From positions 62,001-126,000 of the forward strand of contig QPMI01000692.1 in NCBI GenBank assembly GCA_004431415.1: DNA of 64,000 bases. Reading direction: 5' to 3'. The notes under the pieces were generated by a model. It saw nothing but the letters and a program-made list of their open reading frames with translations. It searched no databases and was not told where the DNA came from. Each line of letters starts with the position of its first letter. Position 1 is the first letter of the stretch. The position numbers were made by a program, and so were the translations under genes. The stretch comes from Cyanophora paradoxa CCMP329. Taxonomy: Eukaryota; Plantae; Glaucophyta. This document shows, one piece after another, positions 35,589-47,552 of the stretch.

Positions 35589-36564
35589 GTACTAGTATAC
35601 GTACTAGCTAGTGCTGAGTCACTGAGTCCGAGGCTTTCGAATTAAAATATTCCGAGGACATGATCGATATTATGATCGATGATCATGCATACTATGATAT
35701 GAATCATATGATCAGCCGCTCCGAGGCTCGGCGCCGGCGCGGCGCGCGCGCGCGCGGGGCGCTGGGCGGCCTGGCCCAGTGGGCCTCGAGCCGCGCGCTG
35801 ACTCAGTGAGGCTGCGCTAGCGGATCCGGAACCGACGCACGTGTCGACCGCATGCGCAGCCGCGCGCTGCGCACGCCCGCGCGCGCCTGACCGGCCGCGG
35901 ACTCGGCGCGGAGTCGGCGCGGACTCCGCCGCTCTCTCCGCGTAGAAAATTAATTAATTAATTATAACGTATACTAGTACCGACTCTATTACCGAGCCCT
36001 AAACCGCGAAGAAAAGCTTAAGAGAGCGCTAGCCGCGAAGCGCGAAGCAGGCTTCAAGCAGCGCGCGATCGCGAGCGCCGGCGCCGCGCGCTGAGCTGAA
36101 TTCGGAGCTTCACCGGGTACAGCAGCACGTGAGGGGTACACGTCTCAAATTCCCGCAACACCCAGGTTCGTCTCACGGCGCCGTCGCTTGCGCCAGTTGG
36201 TCTATCTCGGTGTGCTGGAGCTAGCGGGCATGCTTGGAGCAGTTCCCGCCGGCGCCAATCGCACTGCGCAGCCCGGCAGCGAGGGCCGCGCCGACGTTTT
36301 GTGCTGCGAAGGGAATAAGACTGCTTAGACTAATACCACGCTGTCGACGCGAGCTTGGGCCAGCCGTTAGCGAGCTAGACGGCGCGCGCCTACCGCACGT
36401 AGCCGCGCGTGCCCCGCGCTCCAGACTCCCCCAACACGTCTCGTTAGGCCCCGCTTAACCGCCGGTCCATCTAAACCCCGCCGCCCCGGTCCTCGCCTTG
36501 CGCCGTGCCGTGTCCCATCTAGCTCTGACCGCAGCTCTGACCGCGGGCCGCGCAGAACGAGCCG

Positions 36565-38800
36565 ATGTCGCAGCTCACGCTCGATGCCGCCAAGCGCGCT
36601 GTCGACGAGGGCCGCCCCGTGGACCTCTACAGGTGCGGCGCTCGACGGCGGCTCGCTCGCCGACCGCGTGTCGGTGTCGCGTGAACCGAGATGAGCCCGC
36701 GTTCCATCGAGAGCGGTGCCCTAGATAAACCGGAGTTGGCTGCCCTGCGCAACCTAGGCTGCCGCCGGCCGCCGCGCTCCGCTCAGGCGGGCCCGGCCGC
36801 GCGCGCAGCGACCAGGACGTCCTCACGCTCCTGGCCTGGATCGAGGAGGGGCAGATCCCCGGCGACTGCGCCATGATCATGGGCTACGCGAAGTGCGTCC
36901 CGTACCCCTCCCGGACTCCCCCCCCCCGCCAAACTGCGCCTCTGACCGCCGCCGCCTGATTCCCCGCAGCTGGTGTGGTGCGTCACAGCCCCAAGGGAGC
37001 CACGCCCCGCGCCCCGCGCCCCGCCGAGCGCCCCGCCCCGCCCCGCCGCGCAGGGTACAGCAAGGCCGCCCAGCCGATCCTGGAGGAGCTGTGCGCACCC
37101 CCAGCTCGCTCGCTCCATCGGGGTGCGCTCTGACGGCCGCCGGGGTACAGCGCGCAGCGAATGAAGGGCACCCACGCGATCGCGCGCGTCGACGCGGACC
37201 AGTGCGGCCGCCCTCGTACCCCCCGCCCCCTCCTTCCCCTCGGGGCCAACATGGGCGTACAGGTACATTAAGGAGCAGGATCCGCAGGGCAGCAAGGTCC
37301 GGAAACGGTGTACCCCCTTCCCTCTCCTTTCATCCATGACCCCGCAGCCGTACCCCGCAGCTCGTCGCCGGCCTCCCGCTGAACGGGTACCCGACGTTCG
37401 TCTTCGCTGAGAAGGCGACCGAGGCCCCCGGCGACTACGGTACCCCTTCTGCTTCCCGTCCTCTCCTGCCGGGATCCGACGTACCCCGCTCGCAGACTTC
37501 GACACGGCGATCGTGCAGGTGCCCCGCACCGCTGACGCCCTCGAGCACTACATGAACAAGAACTGCGGTTCGTCCCCGTACCCCCCTCCTGGGTCCCCCG
37601 GTCCTTGCCGATTGCTGTACCCCCAGGCCCACACAAGTCGACTTTCGATCTCGGGAAGGCGCAGGCGGACGTCAGCGCCGGCCGCGTGATTGAGGCGTGC
37701 CCCGCCCTCCGTACCCCCTCCACCCTTCTACCGCCCCCCCTTCCGTCGAACGAGCGTTCGCCCGCAGCTCGATACCGCCGCTGAGCTCACTTCGTTCCTG
37801 CACGCCGTCGAGGACGACGCCTTCCCCGGCGGTACCCCCACCCGGCTTCTCCCCCCCCCACTTCTCTCCCCCTAACTAATCGGGGTACCCATGCCCAGAC
37901 GGCGCCCTGGTCGAGGGCTACGCGAGCTGGTGTGGTGCGTGGCCCCTGTACCCGCGTACTCACTTTACCCCGCTAAATCCCCCCCCCCCCCCCCCCCCCC
38001 TCCCCGGGTAGGCCACTGCAAGAGCCTCAAGCCGCAGTACGAGAAGCTCGCCCTCGATCTCGCCGGCAAGGTGGGCGTACCCCCGTCTCCGCCCCGAATC
38101 GTACCGGTACCCCCCCTTTCCCCAGGGCTGACGCCGCCCGCCCTTTTCATTAGGTTCCGGTCGCCCGCATCGGTGCGCTTTAATCTGATCTGCTTCGGTG
38201 CCAACGCCCTCGCGAGGCGAGTGCCCGCCGACGCGTGCCCTCCTCCCGCCCTCCCCCTGCAGACGCCGACGAGGCTCGCGTCTTCTCCCTCGGGAACACG
38301 ACCATTGCGGGGTACGCCGTTTGTTCGTCGAGGCGGGAGGGGGATGCGGATCGCTGTCAGGCCCCGGTCTCACCCGCGCCCGCGCGCCCGCGCCTCGAAA
38401 CAGGTACCCCACCGTCGTCTACTTCGACGACAACGGCTCCGCCGACGGCGTGGTGCGTACCCGTACCCCCGCCCCGCCCGGTCCCGGCCCGCAGCCGACG
38501 GGGTCCCGGGTACCGCAGTTCGAGGAGAGCAAGTACGAGGGGATGCGCACGACGGATGCGCTCCGTAAGTTCGTGGACGGGTTCCGCTCCTCGCTGGACG
38601 AGGACGTACCCCTGGTCCGAATCTCCCCCCCCTCTTTTTTTGAGCGCGCTGGGTCTTATTTCTTCTTCGTTCGCCAGGTCTCGGAGGAGGGCGCCGAGTT
38701 CGCGGGCGCGGAGTTCGGGGCGAGCTGGGCCTCCTCCGAGGAGGACGCCCTCTTCGGGGCGGACGAGGAGGCGGCGGGCGAGCTGCCGTTCGAGCTCTGA
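36565..38800 (+). CDS. Protein disulfide isomerase-like protein with two thioredoxin domains (WCGYS and WCGHC)
   Basis: Spliced active sites YANWCGYS and YASWCGHCKSLKPQYEKLA, GYPT motifs, YEGMRT..L..FV, acidic tail. Start approximate. Confidence 0.8.
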
Positions 38801-39916
38801 GGCGGGAGGCGGGAGGCACGCTGTTGCCCGCCGCGGCGCGCGGGCTTGGGTCTAGGGGACCGGGCCGCCGCGCGCGACGCGGCCGTCAGGAAACCGATCG
38901 CGAGCTCGAGGTTGGAATCGCAGCATAGAGTGGGGCGCAACTTGGCCTCATGAGACCGATCGATTATGAGAATAGATGACATGATCACGAAAGAAACGTA
39001 TACCGGCAGCTCGGCCGCGGGGAAGGGAGGGGGGGGGGGGGGGGAGGGAGGGGGGAGGGGGTTCAGGGACGTTTGTGGCAAGCTAGCTGGGCCGGGCCGG
39101 GCTGCCCCTTGGCAAAGGCGAAGCCCACGTGCACCGCAACTGGCGTGCTGGGCCCCGGGGAGCATGTGCATAATGCGGCGGGGGCGGGCGCCGAGGGCCG
39201 GGATTGGCCTGGGAGGGGGATCCGGGGGGTACAGGGCGCACAGCTCGCGCTGGATCTCGGGGAGCATGCGGAGTACGGGGCGGGCGAGGTCGAGGGGCGA
39301 GGCGAGGAGCGCCGCCGCGGCCGCGAGCGGCGAGGCGGCGGCGGGCGGATCGGGAGAGGCAGGGTGCGGGGACGAGGCAGAAGCCGCCGAGCGCGCCGTG
39401 GTCGATCGTGGTCAAGCTTAAGAGACCGCTGCGGCGTCTCCCACGCCGGCGTTCCCGGGGCGCCCCGCGGCCGCGGGGCCGCCGAGGCGCCGGCGCCGGC
39501 GACGGCGCCGCTCCAGCTCCAGCTCCGGTTACCGGTCCAGCGGCTTCATGATCATGATCAGGGCCGCCGGCTCGCGCGCGCATGCGCAGCGCCGGCTCGC
39601 GCAGCCACACCGGGCGCGTACGACTCGCCCGGAGCCAACGGAGCGTCGCGAGGGATCGTTGCGGACGTCGTCGCGCTGCCGCAGGCCGGCGCCAGGCCGA
39701 ATTACTGCGGTAGCTCGCTCAAATGGCTCGACGCCGCGCCCATCGCGAATTCGAACGACTGCCCGATGCGAGGGCTCCCGCGTGCCGCCCAGCTCGATTT
39801 TGCTCGGGGTCAGTCAGTGTGATCAGCGCACTGATCGCAGCGAAGGGGGTACGGGCACCAGGGCTGACCGTAGAAGCAATCGGCCAGGCGCTGACCGTAG
39901 AAGCAATCGGCCGCGT

Positions 39917-41376
39917 TATGGGCAGGCGCACGATGACGCCCTCGCCGGTGCCGCGGCTGTCGGCCAGGACGCCGTCGCCGGTCCCTCAGGCACTGCGGGG
40001 GCACCAATCAAAGGAGAACATCCCACCGCAAGCAAAGCCGCAGCGCCAGAGCAACGCGCTCTCGCCGCGAGGCTCGCTTGCCTCGCCTCGCGGGGCAGCC
40101 GGAGGGCAGCCGCGCGGATCGGCCGGAGGGCTGCCGCCCGCTGCACCGCGACCGTCCCATGCAGGCCAGCAACCAGATGCGGAGCCGACGGGAACCGTGG
40201 ACCTCCGTCTTTGCGCCTGCCTTCCGTTCCTGCTCTGCTCGACAGCGGTGGCCGAGCCGAGTGCGAATGCCGTGGTCGACAGGAAGCTTGAGCAAATGTT
40301 CGAGGTGGGTCTCGAAGCGCGCGCTTGTCGCTCGAAGCTAACGATGCAAACAACGAACAGGCCGCCGTTAGCGAAGGTTCGACACTTTCGATTTGAAGGC
40401 AGCACCGGTCGCCAACCCCGACCCCGCCGGCGCAGGGCGCGGGCTGCACGTGGCGACCCCGGACGAGGTCCGACAGTTCTACGAGCTCGCGGGGAAGGGA
40501 CAGGACAAGTCCCTGGTTCGCCCGCGGCGCCGCGCGCCAGGACTCGCCTTCTGATCGCTGAGCGCGCCGCGCAGTCGCCGGGCAAGCGGGCTCAGGCGAT
40601 GCGTGACCTCATCGGGCTCGTTCAGGTGCGCGGAGCGGACGCTCGTCTCTTTCCCGGAGACCGGCCTGCGCCGCTCGCCGACCGCCGACCGGCCGCGCCC
40701 AGATCCTGAAGAAGCACTACCTGGCGAAGCCCGAGCTGCGCTCCAGCCTCCTCAAGATCGATCCCAAGAACCAGCAAACCCTCGCCCTCCGCATGCCCTC
40801 CATCGACTCCGCCTGTGCGCCGTACCCCTCCGCGCCGCGATCCGCCCCGCCCCGATTCGAACCCGCGCCTCCCATCCAGCCTCGTCGCGGCGCTCGCTGG
40901 TCGAAGAGTTTTTGATGGAGGCGTACGACACGAAGCCCCTCTTCGAGCGCGTGCGCGTCGCCGTACCCGTCCGACGAGGACCCCCGTACCCCCTCACGCC
41001 TTCTCCCCCCCCTCAGATGGCCATCTCCGAGCTCCTCAGGTCTTACGGCGCGCGAAACGCTTTGCTGTACCCCTGCGCGGCGAAGCCCGTGACGTCGTCG
41101 CTCTGCAGGCCTGTACAAGCAGGCGTGCGAGGGGGACTGCAGGGTAGCCGAGCCCGGCATGTTCGAGGTCCGCCGCAAGATGAAGGTGCCGCAGTACCCC
41201 CCTCCCATCCCCTCCCCTCCCCTCACCGCCCCCCTCCCTCCCCACTCGTTTACCGGTACCCCCCTCTTTCGCCGCAGTGGTCGGCCTGGAGGGAGCTGCG
41301 GGGTATGCCTCGGGACGCGGCGATGAAGCGGGCTGTCGAGCACTTCCGCGTTATGAAGCAGAAATACGGGTCATAG
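39917..41376 (+). CDS. Acyl-CoA-binding (ACB) domain protein
   Basis: C-terminal exons YGLYKQACEGDC..PGMFE..KWSAW..LRGM..DAAM. Start approximate. Confidence 0.75.
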
Positions 41377-41799
41377 GCAGAGGCCTAGGCCGCTAGCTAG
41401 ATAGCTAGCTAGCCAGCTAGCTTCGATTCCGGCGTCCGTGGACCTTCTCTTTAGTTTAAGCCTTCGAGAGTAAATATTCGAACTCGTGTGCGGTGTTGCG
41501 CTTGTATGCTATAGCTCTAGCAACGTGCAGCTATTCTTTGAATTAACGATTCTGCGATTTTATGGTTTGGTTTTCAATGTGCAAATATTGAGTTTTGCCG
41601 ATCCCGTTGCGAAGGCGGGGACGTCAAAAAGTGTGAGTCAAATGTATACACGCCGCACACGCATATGCATGGCCAACAAACAAGAGAAGCGTGCAGCCCC
41701 GGAGCCGCTCTGGCCGCTCATATGATCACGTCCGCGCGGCGCCGCCGGCCGCTGCCGTCGCCCCCATGCCGCGCGGGTCCTGGGGGGTACGGCGTGAGA

Positions 41800-44700
41800 C
41801 AAGAATAGCCGGCGGGGTACGGAACTCTGTGAACTCTGACCTCGCCCTCCCGCGGGATTTCGTAGAGCTTGTCCAGGTGCTCCCGGATCAAGTGCCTTAC
41901 CTCGGCGTCGTTTATCTTCTCCACGTTCTGGATGATGCGCTGTACCCACCCCCGGGAAGCGTCAGCGGATCGCGGGCCGCCCTCCACACTGCGCACGGCG
42001 CGCGCGCGTACCCGTCCCGTGACGGGGTCCGAGTCGATGTAGTAGGGGTAGACGTGGTACTCGACGATCTGATTGCGCGCGCGTCACGCTTCGTCGTTCT
42101 CGCGCCCTTTCGAAGAGAGGCGCTGCGGGGATCAGAACCTGGGTCATGCTGACGACGACCTCGAACATGGCCCCGAGGCGGCGCAGAGGGCTCTTCTCCG
42201 ATGTCGAGACGTCTCCCAGGGAGTACAGGCAGATTCCCTTCTTGGGCAGGTCCTGCAGGGGGGGGGGGGGGGGGGGAGAATTAGGGGTAAGGGTCGAGGC
42301 CGACGGGAGGAGGGGATAACGGGGTACGCGCCTGCTGGTCCCAGGCGTCCGGCGCGAGGTTCAGGAGCATCTTACCCCCCAGGCCCGCGCGGACCTCCTC
42401 GGAGTCTGGCGGGGGTACGCGATTGATCAGCAAGAGGGAAGGGGGGTACCGCGGTCCGCGAACGGTTCGCACTGGCGTGGGGGTCGGAGGAGAGGATGGA
42501 GCCGCCCTTCTTGGGGGGGATCAGGCCGCCCTTCTTCCCCCCCCCGAAGGCGTCGCCGCCGCCTCCCTTGCCCGAGGAAGGCCCGGCGACACCGGAGCCG
42601 CCGGGCGGCCCCGCGCCCCCGGCCTCCTCCTTCACCTCGGAGTCCAGCATCTCCATGGGCAGCAGAGTGCTGGGGCCGTGCCCCACGATCAGATCGAACT
42701 CGGCGTTGAGCATGAGCTGCCGCGCCGACTGCGCCATGCCGGCCGTCGGCTGCGTCGTCCCGGGCTTGCCCCAGTCCACGAAGCCGATGAGGAGGTCCAG
42801 CGCGGCCCCCGCGCTCGGCTCGTCGTAGAGGCTGCGGTCATCTCAAGTCAGAGGGGCGAAAGGCGAGCGGCGCTCGCTGGCTCGCTGGCTCGCTCGATTA
42901 CCTGGCCATGGAGTCGCCCCGCTGGAGCGCGCGGCTGCTTGCGCCGCCGCCTCCGCCCGCCGTCGACGCGCGCCGCGTGGAGAGCGGCGGGGCCCGCGCG
43001 ATACTGGACTTGCGGCCGTCGGGTCCGACGAGCGGCACGCCGGCGCCGCCCTCCTTGGCCGCCTTGGCCTCCTCCGCGGCGATGCGGTTGGCCTCGGCGT
43101 CGGCGCGCTGCTTCCGGCGCTTGGCTATGAACGACTTCTTCGATTCCTCCAGGTGCACCACGTCCACGATCTGGTACCCCCCCTCGCCCGTCAGCAACCC
43201 CGGAACGCCCTTGGATATCTTCTTGCTTAGCTTGCTTAGCCCTTGGCGCCCAGACGTCTACTAGCCTCGCGCTCTGCCCTCTTGGGGGCCCCGCTCGGGA
43301 GGGGGGAGCGGGGGTAGGGGGGACAGTACCTCGCGGGTAATGCAGTCGACGCGGCCGAGGCCCATCAGGTGGTTCCAGCTGGGGGCCGACGTCAGGGGTA
43401 CGGGAATCGTCGACCTGCGCGAGCGGGCGAGCGCCGGGGCGGGCGAGCGCGTCAGCCATTTCATCCTCGCGCCCCGCCTTCGCCCGACCAAGCGCACTCG
43501 GTCCACGCCGCGAAGCCGACGGTGCCGGAGCGCAGGGCGACGCGGAGGTAGGCCTGCCCTCCCTCCTGCGTCCCGATCACGCGGATTCCTGCGCGCAGGG
43601 GCGAGACGGGTCAGGTAAGGGGCGGGCGGGCGGGCGGGCGGAGGCGGCGGAGCAAGCGCGCGGGCGGGCCTCGTGTGCGGAGGAGCTGGAGCGTCGTCAG
43701 GAAGCCGTCCGGATTGCCTATGTACCCGGTCAGGTGCGGAGGAGGGGCCGGGGAGTGGCCGGGTTGCCCGCCTATGTTGCGGTCGGCGCTGTAGGGGTTC
43801 GCCACGGAGAGCAGTAGACGCCGGGCGTCGATGTCCAGGTTGTACAGGAATGCCTCCAGATACGCCTCCGACATCTCCCGCCCAGACTGCGCGAGCGGAA
43901 GGCAGGAGAAGTCAGCGGGGCGGGGAGCTGGGCGGGGAGCGGGGCGGGGGAGGAGCCGACCTGCAGGGTACGCTGCCACTTCGTCTTCTTCGCGTCGTTG
44001 CGAACGACGGGGGCGCCCAAATTCGCGACGATCAAATCCGCGCTCGAGAGGATGGATTTGAACTCGAACGCGGCCTCTGGTGGCTCGTCCGTCGAGACGG
44101 GGTTCAGGCTGCCGAGGAAGACGATGCGCGTGGCCCGCGCGCGGCGCTTGCCGTCTGCCATGACGCCCATCGTGTCCTCCTCGTCCGCCCAGAAGTGCAT
44201 CGGGAGCTTCCGGTTCGGCGTGAAGAGCGACTCCCGGAAGATTGCAGTGAGGCCAGGGCACGGGCCCGCCAGCTTCGCCAGCAGCGCTGCGCGAGCGTCA
44301 GCGGGCGCTGCGGAGGGCGGGCGGGCGAGCGGGCGCGCCCTCCAGGGCCGCCTTGAACGAGCGCTTCTCGACTTCCTCCTCGACCTTCCGCAGCAGCTGG
44401 GTCGCCCGCGCCTTGATGTTGTGCGCTGCGGGCGCGTGGGCGGCGTCAGGCGATAGGAGCTACGGCAATCCGCGCAGAGGCTCGCCGACCTTTGCTCTGC
44501 GCCTGTGCGAGCGTTTCCGGCTTCAACCGCTTCTGACCCCGCTCGAAGTTGCTAAGAGCTTGCATCGCATCGGCCATGCTGCCCTTCATGATCACAGCTC
44601 TGTTCGGAGGCGCGTTGTACTGCTGATGCTGAGGAGCGCCCGGTGGGGCTCCGGGCGGTGGTGCTCCGAGCGAGGACGGTCCCGCCCGCGGTCCGGCGAG

Positions 44701-44999
44701 GTTTCGCGACGATTCTGCGTCGAACAACTCAGCGATGCAGATGACGGTGCACGTTGTCGGGTGCTCTCACCGTAAAGAGGTGTTTGGGTCGCTGGAGGTG
44801 GGCCGAACGACGGGGATTGCGCCCCGTAACCAGAAGGAGCCCCGTATCCCGACCCCGAGTAGGAACTGCCTGCATAGCTGGGCGCCCGGTCGTAGCTGGC
44901 CGCCGGCCCATAGCTTGTTGGCGCCTGGTAGCTGGGCGGCGCCTGGCCGTAGGCTGGGAAAACCCCTCCGCCGCCGCTCCTCTGGTCTCCCGCATACAT
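41800..44999 (-). CDS. CapA/PGA_cap-like metallophosphoesterase-fold protein with degenerate active site; intron-rich
   Basis: Ordered motifs IVFLGS, ADLIVANLGAPV, SVANPYSAD, DGFLTTL, DLLIGFVDWG, FDLIVGHGPS, ICLYSLGD. Boundaries approximate. Confidence 0.7.
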
Positions 45000-45675
45000 C
45001 GCGCTCGTCTCTGTCGAGACCAAGCGCGAGGGCGGACGCTGGAGAGTCGAGGCGGTTGGAAGGTAGGGGTACGTGTCAGTCCAGCGGCCACCAGGCTACC
45101 AGTAGCTAGCGGGCTATCTGTGCGCCATCTTGTTGTGGATCCAGCAGAGGTACATCTAGAGCGGCGATCCCTGTCTGGGCCGAAGTGTGCAGGGGGATGC
45201 GTCGGCCGCAGCCCGCCGCCTTCGCGGCCCCCGTCGCGCCTGTGGGACTTTCGGGCGCGAGGCACGCTCACGCCGTGTCGAGCTGGCGAGCTGCGACCGT
45301 CGGCCGCGATTCTGTGACGACGTCGCTCCGACGAACGCTGGTGCGCGCCCTTGAGGGCGTTCCTGACCTCTGCTTCGGCGCTTACGCGCGCTGCGGCTAG
45401 ATTGGAAGGCGGCTCTGCGCCGCGCCGCTCCCGGCTGCAGCGGCGCCGCGCGACAGCAGGAGATTCACGTGGACCGGCCCGCGCGCCGCCGCCGGGGGCT
45501 TCGAGGGCCTCGTTCACTTCGCAGCATATCACCGTGCGCTTTCGCACCCGCCCCCGCGTGTCCGACGGGCAAAGCTAAGCTTTTCGTGAGCAGGGTCCGG
45601 TCTCCCGCGTCCGCGGCCGCCTCGCGCCGCGCCCCTGCGCGCTGACTCGCCGGCCGCGAGCAGGGATCTGTCCGC

Positions 45676-46450
45676 ATGGGTCGCCGATCAGGTGGTTTAC
45701 GTGCAGACTCACACGCGGGAGATCGCAGATCAAATCTTCAACAAGGTCCGGCTCACGCCACCCTCTGTCAATGATTCGCCGCCCGCCCTTCCGACATCGG
45801 CGGCCGCCATCCGCAGGATCAGTTCTTCGCCCTTTCCCTTTTCCCTTACCTCGCGTTTCTGTACGAGGCGAAGAAGCTGGTCCGCCCCGCCCCCCCCTCC
45901 CCCCAAGGGCTTGGGCCATAGCTAGGCCTGTGCCTAGGCCTCCGGCCGCTCTCAGGCTCACCGTCCGAGACGCGCAGGCCGATGCAGGTCACTTCCCGAA
46001 GCAGGCGTACAAGGGATTCGTCTTCCTCCTTGTGTTCGTATTCGGGACTATCCCGGCGTGCGTCACTCTGTTCTCTACGATGAAGCGTAAGCCTCCGGAT
46101 CGAATTCCGCTGAGGACATTTCCTGCAGAGGGCTCTACGCGCGCTCGGCGTACGGGCGGGAGCTCATGGATGTGGACTGGCTCCACGGCTCGGCGGAAAG
46201 CCTTCTGACCATCACCAACATCGTGCGCTCCGCTCCGTCCAGTTTCAATTCAAAAATTCAAATCTGGCCTCGGCTCGCGCGCGAGCGAACGCTCTCTTTT
46301 GATCTGGGGCGGGCACGGCATGCGCAGCTCATCGTGCTGGGCGTACGGAGCAGCGTGGCGGAGCTGATGGAGGGGGGGGAGGACGCGCGGCGCGGCGAGG
46401 GGCCGAGGGAGGAGGCCGAGCGGCCAGATGGAGGAGACGGCGAACGTTAG
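45676..46450 (+). CDS. Small putative membrane protein (spliced)
   Basis: Hydrophobic exon GFVFLLVFVFGTIPACVTLF with GT..AG introns between short exons. Confidence 0.4.
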
Positions 46451-47552
46451 CTTCCTACATATACAGCTATAAGAGCAAGGAGGCCTGCCGCAGTACCAGC
46501 TAGCTTCAATGAGAGTAATCGGTTTTTACGTGTCCGCCAGCCCCGGGGCCCGCGGCCCTGCCATCGAGATCAGCAGCCTGGCAGGCTGAGCCCGGAGCAG
46601 CATATGCATATGCATGCAGCTGCAGGGAGGAATTCGAAATGGCTCCGAACATGTACCGTAGTATTACATGAAATAGCACTGGTCATGAAGTAGCTATATA
46701 TAGGTTATTGCCTTGAATTGGCCAGTGGCCATGGGCTGTGGGTTATATAATTAGGAGCTGGGCCCTGCCATCCGCAGCATGCGGCTGATCCGAGTGATCA
46801 TGAGCCCTGGCCATGGGCCCGGGGAGGAAGCACACGATTCTCGAATTCGTACAGGCAACAAGCTTAAGAGTCAACAAGAACAACATCGCGACTTATCTGC
46901 CTACTGAAGGGAAATCGGATCTCACCATCGGCGCCATTCGCACATAGTACAGGGCGACTACATCGTCCGCTGTAACTACTACCAAGAAGGTTTGGGCAAC
47001 GGGGCCAAGGACAAGTACGTGTACACGAGCGGCCTGCCATGCCGGGCTCGGACTAAAGCTGTGAGCAGGCGGCTCCTACTAGATATAGCTACTAACTGGG
47101 CCTCTGCTCTGCTGTCTACTCTGCTGTGCTACTGCGACTAGAGAATGAGAACTACAGTACAAGCAAGAGAAAAGGCTGCCATACTGGAACACAATATAAA
47201 GAATACTGGAGGATCGAGAAAGCAGATACGTATAAGCACACAAAAGAAGAGGGGCACACTTGATTTGAAAACAACGCCGCTATCTTAGTAAAACACTCTC
47301 TGACTGCTCAAACACAATGCAAACTGCACGCGAGGCTTTGTACAAGCTGCTGTCGTCTAAGAATTCAAATCAAACGGATATCCTGAACTAGGTAGCACAC
47401 TGGACAAATGAAAACGCTAGCTTCAAATATGAAAATATATGCGATGAAACACTCTCACACTGCCGGATGGCTGTACACAGGAAGGAAGGAGGGGGCGCCG
47501 CCAACGCCGACGCCGCCGGGTACCAGTACAATTCGCGATCGAGCGTGCGAGC

